Below are positions 52,147 to 64,000 of a stretch of DNA of 64,000 nucleotides, in pieces; position 1 is the first letter of the stretch, and every line of letters starts with the position of its first letter. Both the position numbers and the translations under genes were made by a program. The DNA lies in assembly GCA_963844275.1 (NCBI GenBank), contig CAWJNS010000005.1, forward strand, positions 103,225 through 167,224. The letters are read 5' to 3'. The DNA comes from an uncultured Verrucomicrobiae bacterium. Its GTDB lineage: Bacteria; Verrucomicrobiota; Verrucomicrobiia; Chthoniobacterales; UBA10450. The notes under the pieces are model-generated. The model had not been told where the DNA came from and did no database searches. It was given only the letters and a program-made list of their open reading frames with translations.

Positions 52147-52776
52147 CTAGCGGCTTCCAGGCGCACCGCCGTAGTTGACTGCCTCAGCTCCGGTGGAGGT
52201 GAGGCGCTCGGTTCTGAGCGCGTCCAAACCGGAATTCTTTCCACCCCGGCGCACGGCCACTCCCTTGCCTTGCAGACTCTCCGGACCCTTGATCTCTGTC
52301 CACTTGTCCTCTTTCAGGACGAGGAGCCGCGCGCAGCCCCAGTAATTCTCCTGATTACCACCGGCGCCATCGAGGTGAATGAAGGACAGAACCATCGTTC
52401 CGTCCGCGATCTGGTAGACCAGGAGGTGCAAGAGGACGGGTTCTCCTCCGTATTGCCGGCCCAGTGAGTTATTCCCCGTCAGCTTCACCTCTTTGGCCAG
52501 TTGCAAGGCGAGTGGATTGTAAAGGCCCCCCAAATCTGAGCGCGTGATCTTGACCCCGGACAGCGTCGCGCCATTGAGAGAACCGCGCGCAGTGATCCAA
52601 CCTTCCAGGGGAGAAACGAGGAGAGACTTGAAGAATTCCGGACTGACAGATCGCTGCAGCACCCGCTGTGGGATCAGGTTGATTTCGCCCAGCTTTCGTC
52701 CCTTGACCGACGATTCCGCCGCCATACCACAGCTCAAGGAGGTAACCAAAACTGCAAGGGTAACGAGCGTCTTCAT
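52147..52776 (-). CDS. hypothetical secreted protein
   Basis: ATG at 52776 gives the signal peptide MKTLVTLAVLVTSLSCGMA. No family recognised. Confidence 0.5.
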   Translation of the reverse strand: MKTLVTLAVLVTSLSCGMAAESSVKGRKLGEINLIPQRVLQRSVSPEFFKSLLVSPLEGWITARGSLNGATLSGVKITRSDLGGLYNPLALQLAKEVKLTGNNSLGRQYGGEPVLLHLLVYQIADGTMVLSFIHLDGAGGNQENYWGCARLLVLKEDKWTEIKGPESLQGKGVAVRRGGKNSGLDALRTERLTSTGAEAVNYGGAPGSR

Positions 52777-53031
52777 AAACTGATTGTGCCCGAATCGCTG
52801 GGTGCCGGCAATCTCATTTTGCCGCGGCAGTCGACCCACACGAGCCTCAAGTGCGTCAGCAAACTGGATGGCTGTTAATTCACCTATCGGGATATGTCTG
52901 CGGGTCGGCCTGAACAGGCCTTGCCGCGAATCAACTCGACTCGCCAGATCCCGCTGGGCAAGTTCCTGATCGAGCATCGTTCAGGGCTGCCCGGGCGCTG
53001 CGTGCCGACCGCTCGAACCTCCGCCGCTTTC

Positions 53032-53388
53032 ATGACCACTAGCCTGCGCGAGTCCGATTTGGAGGAAACGTTCGCGCGTTCCGGGGGCCCGGGCGGGCAG
53101 AACGTCAACAAGGTCTCCACAGCGGTGACGCTGCGGCATCGACCCAGCGGGCTGAGCGTGACGGTGCAGGATTCGCGTTCGCAGGCGATGAATCGCAAAC
53201 TCGCGCGCGAGCGTTTGCTCGAGGCACTCGTGCGCCGGCAGGCCGGCGAGCGCGCCGCGCGCAAGGCGGAGCGCGAGAAGATCCGCCGCCAGAATTCGCC
53301 CCGACCGCGGGCGTTGAAACGGCGCATCCTGGAGACGAAACGCAAGCGTTCGACGCTCAAGAAACTCCGCAGCACAGTCGGCGAGTGA
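53032..53388 (+). CDS. ArfB-like peptidyl-tRNA hydrolase / class I release-factor domain protein
   Basis: The GGQ motif (RSGGPGGQNVNKVSTAV) is followed by a basic C-terminal tail. Confidence 0.75.
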   Translation: MTTSLRESDLEETFARSGGPGGQNVNKVSTAVTLRHRPSGLSVTVQDSRSQAMNRKLARERLLEALVRRQAGERAARKAEREKIRRQNSPRPRALKRRILETKRKRSTLKKLRSTVGE

Positions 53389-54452
53389 AGCGGGCGGGGA
53401 AGCGCAAGCCGGCGAAGATCAATCTCGGCATCATCGGCACTGGCTGGCCGGGCCAGCAGCACGCGCGGGTGACATCCGCGCATCCGGAAGCGCTCGGCTC
53501 TACGCATGCGCAGATCTCGATTCGGAAAGACGCGCGCGTCGAATTCCAGCAAACCTACGCGCCGCGAAGAAGTTTCCGCGATTATCACGAACTGCTGCAG
53601 GATCCGGAGGTCCACGCGGTCGTCATTTGTCTGCCGAACTTCCTCCACTTCCCCGCGTCCCGGGCCGCGCTTGAAGCCGGGAAACACGTCTTCTGCGAGA
53701 AGCCGCCGACTCTGAACGCGGCGGAAATGAAGGTGCTGCACGAGGAGGCGCCGGAAGCGCGGCCTGGTTTATTTTTTCGGCCGACAATTTCGATTCACGC
53801 CCGCGATGCGCGCGGCGAAGAAGCTCGTCGAGGCGGGACGGCTGGGGCAAATCTATCACGCGCAAGCGACATGGGTGCGGTCGCGCGGAATCCCGCAAGG
53901 GGATCGGTGGCTGGTTTACAGCAAAGGAACGTGCTCGGCGGTGGCGCTCTCATCGACATCGGCGTGCATGCGCTCGATTCGGTCGTGGTATTTAATGGGA
54001 ACGCCGACGCCGTTTCCGTCAGCGCTCAGGTTTACCGCAATTTCGAACACCTGGTGCGGGCCCCATCTTCGACGTCGAAGACGCGGCGTTTGGCTTCATC
54101 CGTTTTGACAATGGGGCGGTCGTCCACCTGGAAACTTGCTGGGCCGGCAATCTGCCCGGACGACATTCCGGAGGGGCAGGAATTTGGTCGCGAGATCAAC
54201 AATTCCATCATCTACGGGACTCGCGGGACGATCCGGCTGAAGCCGTTAACCTTGTTCGAAGATCAGGCAGGTGCGCTGGTCACCGTGCCGGTCGAGCTGC
54301 CCGATGAGATCGAGGGTTTCGAGCTTCAACTGCGCAATTTCCTCGACGCAATCAGCGGGCGCGCGGAAGCGATCAATAACGCCGACCAGGCGGTAACGTT
54401 AATGGAAATGCTCGATGCAATCTATGCCTCGAGCGCCTCGGCCGGGAAGTGA
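53385..54452 (+). pseudogene. Gfo/Idh/MocA family oxidoreductase, homology hops between frames although one ORF stays open
   Basis: Frame of the open ORF: NLGIIGTGWPGQQHA, VVICLPNFLH, EKP, GGGALIDIGVHALD. Frame of ORF 53806..54108: MRAAKKLVEAGRLGQIYHAQATWVRSRG and WYLMG. A third frame: FDVEDAAFGFIRFDNGAVVHLE. Confidence 0.75.
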
Positions 54453-54539
54453 CGCTTGTCTAAGCCTCGGAAAAATTCTCCGGGCATACGGCTAACGAGC
54501 GGTTCCGTCTCGAACTGATGGTGGAACAACCACTTAACT

Positions 54540-54725
54540 ATGAAAAAACTTCTCATTCTTGCGCCCGCGCTGGCAGTAGCAGCGACCGTCCTAACCTCGT
54601 GCACGACCGTGGTCGAGACGCCTACGCCAACCACCAGCACCACAACCGTGCGTGAATCCGCGGTCACCACGCGACCTGCCGGGACCAGCACGACGACCAC
54701 CACGAGCGCAACGATTCCGCGCTAA
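54540..54725 (+). CDS. small Thr-rich lipoprotein (61 aa)
   Basis: MKKLLILAPALAVAATVLTSC lipobox followed by a T/S/P-rich tail. Confidence 0.6.
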   Translation: MKKLLILAPALAVAATVLTSCTTVVETPTPTTSTTTVRESAVTTRPAGTSTTTTTSATIPR

Positions 54726-54755
54726 TTGGTTGTCTCGGCGTTCGATATTCAGATT

Positions 54756-54977
54756 ATGAAAAAACTGACGATCCTTGCACCCGCCGCGGCCATTTTCGCT
54801 CTGGTGCTGAGTTCATGCAGCAGCCCCGAGACGATGACGACGACAACGTCGACCACACGTGAGTCCGCTACGATGACTGGCGGAACCACTGGGACCACGT
54901 CCACCACCGTTGGGACCGGTACCCGGGCCGGCGGTGCAAGCGCGACGACTACGACGACGCGCGGCGGCGGCATGTAG
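54756..54977 (+). CDS. small Thr/Gly-rich lipoprotein (73 aa), paralog of the preceding gene
   Basis: MKKLTILAPAAAIFALVLSSC lipobox followed by a T/G-rich tail. Its N-terminus is nearly identical to that of the upstream gene. Confidence 0.6.
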   Translation: MKKLTILAPAAAIFALVLSSCSSPETMTTTTSTTRESATMTGGTTGTTSTTVGTGTRAGGASATTTTTRGGGM

Positions 54978-54999
54978 AACGCAAAAGCTAAAACAAAAA

Positions 55000-55032
55000 G
55001 GGACACGCAGTTCGCTGCGTGTCCCTTTTTTT
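55000..55032. terminator. bidirectional rho-independent terminator between the lipoprotein genes and gyrA
   Basis: GGGACACGCAG-TTCG-CTGCGTGTCCC forms a perfect 11-bp stem. It is flanked by an A-rich stretch (AAACAAAAA) on the left and T7 on the right. Confidence 0.85.
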
Positions 55033-55050
55033 ATGTTGCGGACCCGCTGA

Positions 55051-57643
55051 CTATTCAGCGGCGACTGGTTCGGTCTCTTCGGCCTCCTGGCTCACGACCG
55101 GCGCGATGCCTGCAGCTTCTCGGCGCCCCGCAGATCCATCAGCTTCACGCCCATCGTGTTGCGTCCGACGGCGCGGATTTCCTTCACGCGCGTCCGCACC
55201 ATCTGGCCTTTGTTCGTGATGAGCATCAGTTCGTCGCTATCGGTCACGGTGAGCGCGCCGACGACTTTGCCGGTTTTCTCGCCGGTCTTCATCGTGATGA
55301 TGCCTTTGCCGCCGCGCGATTGCGTGCGGTAATCGTCAAACGGCGTGCGTTTGCCGATGCCGTTCTCGCCCGCCACGAGCAGCATGGCGTTCGGGTTCAC
55401 GATCGCGATCGCGACGATGACGGTCGCCTTTGTCCGGCCGGATGCCCCAGACGCCGACGGTGTTGCGGCCCTGGTCGCGCAGCTGCTCCTCGTGGAAGCG
55501 CAGGCTCATGCCTTGCTTGCGTGATGAGCACGATCTCGTTGTCGCCGTTGGTCAGCTTGGCGTCGATCAGGCAGTCGTCTTCCTCGATCTGGATGGCGAT
55601 GATGCCGCCTTTCCGGACGTTGCTGTAGTCGGAGAGATTCGACTTCTTCACGATGCCGGACCGCGTCGCGAAGACGATGTGGAGATTTTCGTCCCACGTT
55701 TCGTCGACGATGTTCGGCCCGGTGCCGGACTTCTTCGCCTGGACGCGAATCGTGGCGGCGATCTTCTCGTCGCTGCGCAGCTCGAGCAGATTGGCGATCG
55801 AGCGGCCTTTGGCCGCGCGGCCCATCTCGGGAATTTCGTAGACCTTCTCGACGTAGCAGCGGCCCGATTCGGTGAAGAACATCAGGTAATCGTGCGTCGT
55901 CGCGGTGAAGAGATGCTCGACGAAATCGCCTTCGTCCTCCTGCGTGGCGCCTTCGCGCGTCGGTCATGCCGATGACGCCTTTGCCGCCGCGGCGCTGCGC
56001 GCGGAAGGCGCTCACGGCCGTGCGCTTGATGAAGCCGCCATGCGTGATGCTGATGATGCATGCCTTCATTGGCGATGAGATCCTCCATGTTGATCTCGCC
56101 CTCGTCGGGCACGAGCTGCGTCAGGCGCGGGCCGGCGTGCTTGTCGCGGATGTCGCGCAGCTCCTTCTTGATGATCTCGAGCACGCGCGATTCCTTCGCG
56201 AGGATGTCGCGCAGGTCCTGGATCGTCGCGATCAGCGCCTTGTATTCCGTTGATGATCTTTTCGCGCTCGAGACCGGTGAGCTGATAGAGGCGCAGATCG
56301 AGGATCTGGTTGGCCTGGTGTTCGCTGAAAGCGTAACGGCCCTCGACGAGGCGCGCTTCGTTGCGGATCAGGATGCCGATCTGCTCGACCTGCCGCCGGG
56401 TGAACTCGAAGGCGAGCAGCTTGACCCGCGCTTCTTCGCGATTCGCCGAACCGCGGATGATGCGGATGAATTCGTCGAGATTCGCCAGCGCGATGAGATA
56501 GCCTTCGAGCGTCTCCGCGCGGTCCTCGGCCTTGCGCAGCTCGAAGCGCGTCCGGCGCAGCACGACCTCGCGGCGATGCTCGATGTAGGCGGTGTTCGCG
56601 TCCTTGAGTGAGAGCAGCTTCGGCCGGCCGTGGTCGATCGCCAGCATCGAGGCCGCGAAGGAGCTCTCCAGCGCGGTGTGCTTGTAGAGATTGTTGATGA
56701 CGACCTTCGGATTGCGCGTCGCGCTTCAGCTCGATGACCACGCGCGTGTTTTCGTCCGACTCATCGCGGATCGCGGTGATGTCGGTCAGCACTTTCTCGT
56801 TCACCAGGTCCGCGATGCGCTCGACCAGCGTCGCGCGATTCACGTTGTAGGGAATCTCGGTGATGACGATCTGCTCGCGGTTGCCCTTCAGCTCTTCGAC
56901 GCCGGCCTTGCCGCGCACTTTCATGCTGCCGCGGCCGGTCTCGAGATACTGCTGAATGCCCGGCGAGGCCCGAGGATCGCGCAGCCGGTCGGGAAATCCG
57001 GTCCCTTCACGTACTTCATCAGTCCGTCGAGATCGATGTCGGGATCGTCGATCTGCGCGCAGATGCCGTCGATCACTTCGCCGAGATTGTGCGGCGGGAT
57101 GTTCGTCGCCATGCCGACGGCGATGCCGGTGCCGCCATTGACGAGCAGATTCGGGAACGCGGCCGGGAAAACTGTCGGCTCGGTCCGGGTCTCGTCGTAG
57201 TTCGGGACAAAGTCGACCGTGTCCTTGTCCATGTCGGTCATGAGCGCGGCGCCGAGATGCGTCATGCGCGCCTCGGTGTACCGCATCGCCGCCGGCGGAT
57301 CGCCTTCGACCGAACCGAAGTTGCCCTGGCCGTCGACGAGCGTCTCGCGCATGGCCCACGGCTGCGCCATGTGCACGAGGGTGGGGTAGATCACCGCTTC
57401 GCCGTGCGGGTGATAGTTACCGCTCGTATCGCCGCAAATCTTGGCGCACTTCCGATGCTGCCGGTTCGGGAAGAGCGACAGATCGTGCATCGCATAGAGG
57501 ATGCGACGCTGCGAGGGCTTCAGCCCGTCGCGCGCATCGGGCAGCGCGCGCGAGATGATGACCGACATCGAGTAATCGAGAAACGACCTCGACACTTCCT
57601 CGGCGACGTTGATCGGCTCGATTTTTTCGTTGGGATTATACAT
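55051..57643 (-). pseudogene. gyrA: DNA gyrase subunit A, many frame changes
   Basis: N-terminus [52 protein letters not shown], followed by [10 protein letters not shown] (active-site Tyr region). The beta-pinwheel C-terminal repeats lie in alternating frames. The true stop at 55051-55053 is in a shifted frame. Confidence 0.95.
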
Positions 57644-57659
57644 GCGCGCGCGGGATCGA

Positions 57660-60266
<2,607 letters not shown>

Positions 60267-60484
60267 GAACTAGCCAAAAGATAGGCGAGGACCGGGGTCG
60301 GAACAATAACTTTCTCTTCGCTCGAGCGGCCGGTAAACCACTACGGAGTGCGCACCCGCGCCAGCCAAACCGCATTATGTTGTGGCAGGCTCGGATGGCG
60401 GCGAACGTGACCCGCCTCCACCTTTTGCGCTCGCATGCGACGCTTGACCGGCCTGCTCCGGAACCCGACCTTACGCCTCCAAGC

Positions 60485-61115
60485 ATGCGCTGGCAGACAC
60501 TCTATGAAGGTCGCTGGATCTTCGCCATTCTTGCCCTGCTGGCGATCGCCTCCGCCTTCGCAAGTCTCTGGCTGACGCTGCTGTTCGTGGCGCTGATCCT
60601 CTACACGCTCGCGTTCTTTCGGGACCCGGAACGCACGCCGCCGGCGGATGCCGACGGAGTCGTGGCCGCGGCCGATGGGGTGGTGGCCGACATTGTCGAG
60701 ATCGAGGAACCCGATGTCGTGAAGACGCAGGATGAAACGCATCGGCATCTTCCTTTCCGTCTTCGACGTCCACACGAACCGCGCGCCGATCGACGGCCGC
60801 ATCACTTTCCGGGAACACCGCGAAGGTCTCTGTCTGGATGCGCGCAACCCGGAGTGTTCGGGGAAAAACGAGTCAATGATCTGGGCGTTCGAGAATCCGC
60901 GCGCCACGCTGGTGGTCAAACAACTCACAGGCGCGATCGCCCGGCGGATTGTCGCGTGGTCAAGGGTGGGGGACGAGCTAAAGAAAGGTGAGCGTTTCGG
61001 GATGATCCGCTTCGGCTCGCGGACGGAAGTTTATTTGCCGCTCGACGCTACCGTTCTGGTGAAGGTGGGCGACCGTGTGGCCGGCGGAGCGACCTCAATC
61101 GCTCGGCTGCCCTAG
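60485..61115 (+). pseudogene. psd: phosphatidylserine decarboxylase (short, Asd-type), one frame change near 60730
   Basis: The TM N-terminus and FFRDPERTPP are in ORF 60377..60991. IFLSVFDVHTNRAPIDG...MIRFGSRTEVYLP (GS self-cleavage motif) is in ORF 60732..61115. Confidence 0.9.
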
Positions 61116-61116
61116 T

Positions 61117-61950
61117 ATGAGCAACGGCGACCCCAAGATTTACCTGCTGCCGAACTTGATGACGGCAGGCAATCTTTTTTGCGGCTTTGCAGCGACGTTA
61201 AAGATCGTGCAAGGCGCGCTCCTGCAGGGCACCGATCCTGACGGCGCCGCCGTGCTCTTTCACACCGCCATCTGGTACATCCTGGGCGCGTGCATTTTTG
61301 ACCTGCTGGATGGCCGGCTCGCGCGTCTCGGCGGACAGGACAGCCCGTTCGGGCGCGAATTTGATTCGCTCGCTGATACCGTCTCGTTCGGTCTCGCGCC
61401 TGCGCTGATGGTTTACCGCATCGTGCTGGTGGATTTTCCCCGCGTTGGCTGGGTGGTGGCGTTCATTTATCTGCTCTGCGGGGCGCTGCGGCTGGCGCGA
61501 TTTAACTGCATCGCCAGCACGGGCAAGCAGGGCACCGCTGACAAGAATTTCCGCGGCTTTCCCATCCCGGCGGCGGCGGGGCTGATCGCCTCCATCACGC
61601 TCTTCATGCTCTGGTGGCTGGGCGAACGAGATCACGACATCGGCCGCTGGAAATGGGTTCTGCCGCCGCTCATGCTTTTCCTTTCCTTCATGATGTTCAG
61701 CCGGTTCAGCTACCCGAGCTTTAAGGGGATCAACTGGCGGACGACGCGGTCGGTGCCGCGCTTCCTTGTCATCAGCACGGTGCTGATTTTCACCGCCCTC
61801 AACTACGAGTGGATGCCGGCGATCCTGTTCCTTTCCTATCTTCTTTACGGGTTCGTGCGGCCGTGGCTCTCGAAGGCCTGGCGGCGCGAGATCGAGGAGG
61901 AGATCGAGCACGAGTCGGACGCCGCGGAGGGCGCCGAGCAGACGCCGTAG
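61117..61950 (+). CDS. pssA: CDP-diacylglycerol--serine O-phosphatidyltransferase
   Basis: Intact ORF with the CDP-alcohol motif DLLDGRLARLGGQDSPFGREFDSLAD. Confidence 0.9.
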   Translation: MSNGDPKIYLLPNLMTAGNLFCGFAATLKIVQGALLQGTDPDGAAVLFHTAIWYILGACIFDLLDGRLARLGGQDSPFGREFDSLADTVSFGLAPALMVYRIVLVDFPRVGWVVAFIYLLCGALRLARFNCIASTGKQGTADKNFRGFPIPAAAGLIASITLFMLWWLGERDHDIGRWKWVLPPLMLFLSFMMFSRFSYPSFKGINWRTTRSVPRFLVISTVLIFTALNYEWMPAILFLSYLLYGFVRPWLSKAWRREIEEEIEHESDAAEGAEQTP

Positions 61951-61951
61951 C

Positions 61952-62667
61952 CTAGCGGTTCAACTGCGCGAGCACTTCCGGATCGCGCACGTCGGCCCAG
62001 TCGCCGGTTAACTCCAGGGCCTGCACCTTGCGTCCGGCCCGCGCGAGATCGCGCACCGCATCGGTCAGTTCAAATTCGCCGCGCGGTGATCGCTCCAGGC
62101 GCGCGATAAAATCGAAAATGCTGCGGCCGAAACATGTAAACGCCGGCGTTGTACCACGGACTCGTCGGTTCGCCCGGGCGTGGCTTCTCGCGCAGGTCGG
62201 TCATTTCGAATTTGTCGTTCACAAACACGGCGCCGCCCTGGCTCACATCCTCGTTTCGTTTCACGCTGATGATTGCCTCCACGTCGTTCGCGGGGGCTGC
62301 GAGGCGCTGGTAATTGGATGCCTCCACCAGAATGTCGCCGTAGCTGAGAAGGAATGGATCGTCGCGCGCAAAAATCGCGCGCGAGTTCGACCACCTTGCC
62401 GGTGCCATCCTGGACCACCTGGGTGGCGTAGCTGAGGCGGACGTCGAAACGCGCGCCGTCGCCAAAGAACTCGCGCACCATCGCACCGCGCCAGCCTACG
62501 ATCAGCAGCAGCTCTCGGATCTGCGCCTGCCGCAGGCCCTCGATGATGTGCTGCAGAATTGGCCGGCCCTGCACCACCAACATCGGCTTCGGCAACTCAT
62601 TCGTCAGCTCCCGCATGCGCGTGCCGCGGCCGGCCGCGAGCAGCACCGCTTTCGTGATTCCAGCCAT
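61952..62667 (-). pseudogene. sugar-phosphate nucleotidyltransferase (NTP_transferase family), 2-3 frame changes
   Basis: MAGITKAVLLAAGRGTRMRELTNELPKPML (GxGTR signature) comes first. LLSYGDILV...NAGVYMF is in the frame of ORF 62070..62486. The C-terminus ends ...AQLNR* at 61952. Confidence 0.8.
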
Positions 62668-62730
62668 GCCAGAGGTTGGGCGCACGCCTTTGAATTGCAA
62701 TCTGTCTTTGATGCAGTCAGCGTTCCGCGC

Positions 62731-63126
62731 ATGCGGATGGCGTTTTTGGCGAAGTATCGCGAGAGCGGATTGCTGCTCATGCGCGTGGGGCTCGGCGTGC
62801 TCTTCATTATCCTGACCGGCCCGGTGCTGCTCCACGGGGCGGCGCGCTGGGCCAGCTTCGGGAGTGCGATTCGCGCCGTCGGCATGACTTCGCATTACCA
62901 GTTCTGGGGATTTCTCGGCGCGCTCGCGGGTTGTCTCGGCGGGGTGCTCATGATCTTCGGCCTCTTCTTCCGGCCTGGCGTCCTGCTGGTGCTCGCCATC
63001 ACCATCATCCACGCGCTGAACATGCAGGGTCCGTTGCGTGCCAACCTGGCCGCGATCGAACTCTGCGTGATGCTGATCGGCCTGCTCTTCGTCGGGCCCG
63101 GCAAATACAGCGTCGACAAAAACTAG
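62731..63126 (+). CDS. DoxX family membrane protein
   Basis: ATG at 62731. Four TM segments with LLLMRVGLGVLFI...FGLFFRP...GPGKYSVD. Confidence 0.7.
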   Translation: MRMAFLAKYRESGLLLMRVGLGVLFIILTGPVLLHGAARWASFGSAIRAVGMTSHYQFWGFLGALAGCLGGVLMIFGLFFRPGVLLVLAITIIHALNMQGPLRANLAAIELCVMLIGLLFVGPGKYSVDKN

Positions 63127-63303
63127 CGTTTCAGCGGCGGCGTTTCCGGTTCGAGGAAGTCCGGCGGAATCACGCGACCGGTGCCGGGATGTTCAGCTTC
63201 AGGCCGGAAGGCGATCCATCTCCGGCGTGTCGTGCTTTTTCTCCAGCAGGTCGAGATCGCGGCGGAAGCGAACGGCCGTGCCGGCGGGCGCAAGTCGCGG
63301 GCG

Positions 63304-64000
63304 TTAAACGACGTGGCGGATGTGCTCCGCCTCGACGCCCTCAGCCTCGAGGGCATCCGGCAAGGCCGCGTCCACCTCCGCCGCGGAGCGGCTGAGCAGG
63401 CGGGCGCCGAAATAGGATCCGATCACAAGCACGGCCGCTGCGGCCTGGCAGGCGAGCGTTTCCACGGTCGGGAAAACGGCGAACCACATTCCCATCCAGT
63501 CAGGGATATACGGCTCCAGCGCGGGAATCGGAGTGGTCGACATCCAGTTCGCGAGCTGCATTTCCTGGCCCTGCTCGCCCACCATCACCAGCAGCACCAC
63601 GCCGAGGAGAATGCCGGTGAAGATCAGCATTTTTCGGTAGGGCAGCCGTTTCTGGAGCGCGAAGGTCAGGATCGCCACAAAGCCGGAGAGAATGAGGCCA
63701 AGAAGCGCCCCCTGGAGCACGACACCCCCGCCGAGTCGCAGGTTGTAGCTTTGCAGGAACAACACGACCTCGAACCCTTCCCGATACAGCGACGTGAAGC
63801 CGAGCAGGATGAAACCCCAGTAGAGTTTCCGCTGCGAGCTCGTCATGGCGGACGCGTCCGCGAGCAGGGCTTTGCGGCGCCGGTTATGGGCGCGAATCCA
63901 GCCGCCCCAGTAGATCTTGTGGAAGAACCAATTCATGATCACGAGGAGGACCACGATCGCGAGCAGGCCGGTCGCGGCCTGCAGGTCGAGGGCGGGCACG
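63304..64000 (-). CDS. FTR1/EfeU family iron permease (5' end beyond window)
   Basis: Polytopic ORF with the REGFEVVLFL (REXXE) motif. It stays open to the window edge. Confidence 0.8.
   Translation of the reverse strand, partial: VPALDLQAATGLLAIVVLLVIMNWFFHKIYWGGWIRAHNRRRKALLADASAMTSSQRKLYWGFILLGFTSLYREGFEVVLFLQSYNLRLGGGVVLQGALLGLILSGFVAILTFALQKRLPYRKMLIFTGILLGVVLLVMVGEQGQEMQLANWMSTTPIPALEPYIPDWMGMWFAVFPTVETLACQAAAAVLVIGSYFGARLLSRSAAEVDAALPDALEAEGVEAEHIRHVV

Overview
High-GC (roughly 60-65% by eye) chromosomal segment of a Gram-negative bacterium. Gene content (Bat aerotolerance operon, ADOP-type duplicated permease, PilMNO, TonB-dependent receptor) hints at a soil Verrucomicrobiota/Acidobacteriota-like organism, but that is inference only. 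I can support about 62 protein-coding loci, 2 tRNAs (Val-CAC, Leu-TAA), one clear bidirectional terminator and one AT-rich palindromic operator candidate. Content is mainly housekeeping: glyQS, valS, murI, an amidase, der, pgsA, gyrB-gyrA, psd-pssA and uvdE. It also includes an 8-gene moxR/DUF58/DUF4381/batABCDE operon, pilMNO plus a PilP-like gene, cstA, a CusRS-like two-component pair, a cyclase-TPR signalling protein and several secreted or lipoprotein orphans. There is no rRNA, CRISPR, transposase, integrase or phage gene. The dominant unusual signal is technical or evolutionary rather than a new system. About half of the recognisable genes, including essential single-copy ones, are interrupted by 1-nt frame changes at short homopolymers. 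valS has 11, cstA at least 10, and gyrA, gyrB, der, glyQS, murI and the whole Bat operon are also hit. These changes are clustered, with multi-kb blocks left perfectly intact. I read this as consensus indel error, not real pseudogenisation, and I label the affected loci as pseudogene because the sequence as given does not encode an intact product. I did not find a convincing novel multi-gene system. The best biological leads are a secreted GNSxFGH tandem-repeat protein, an FGE-domain protein with a degenerate J-like N-terminus, an HTTM membrane pair next to the cyclase-TPR protein, an AT-rich palindrome upstream of the TonB receptor, and twin Thr-rich mini-lipoproteins.
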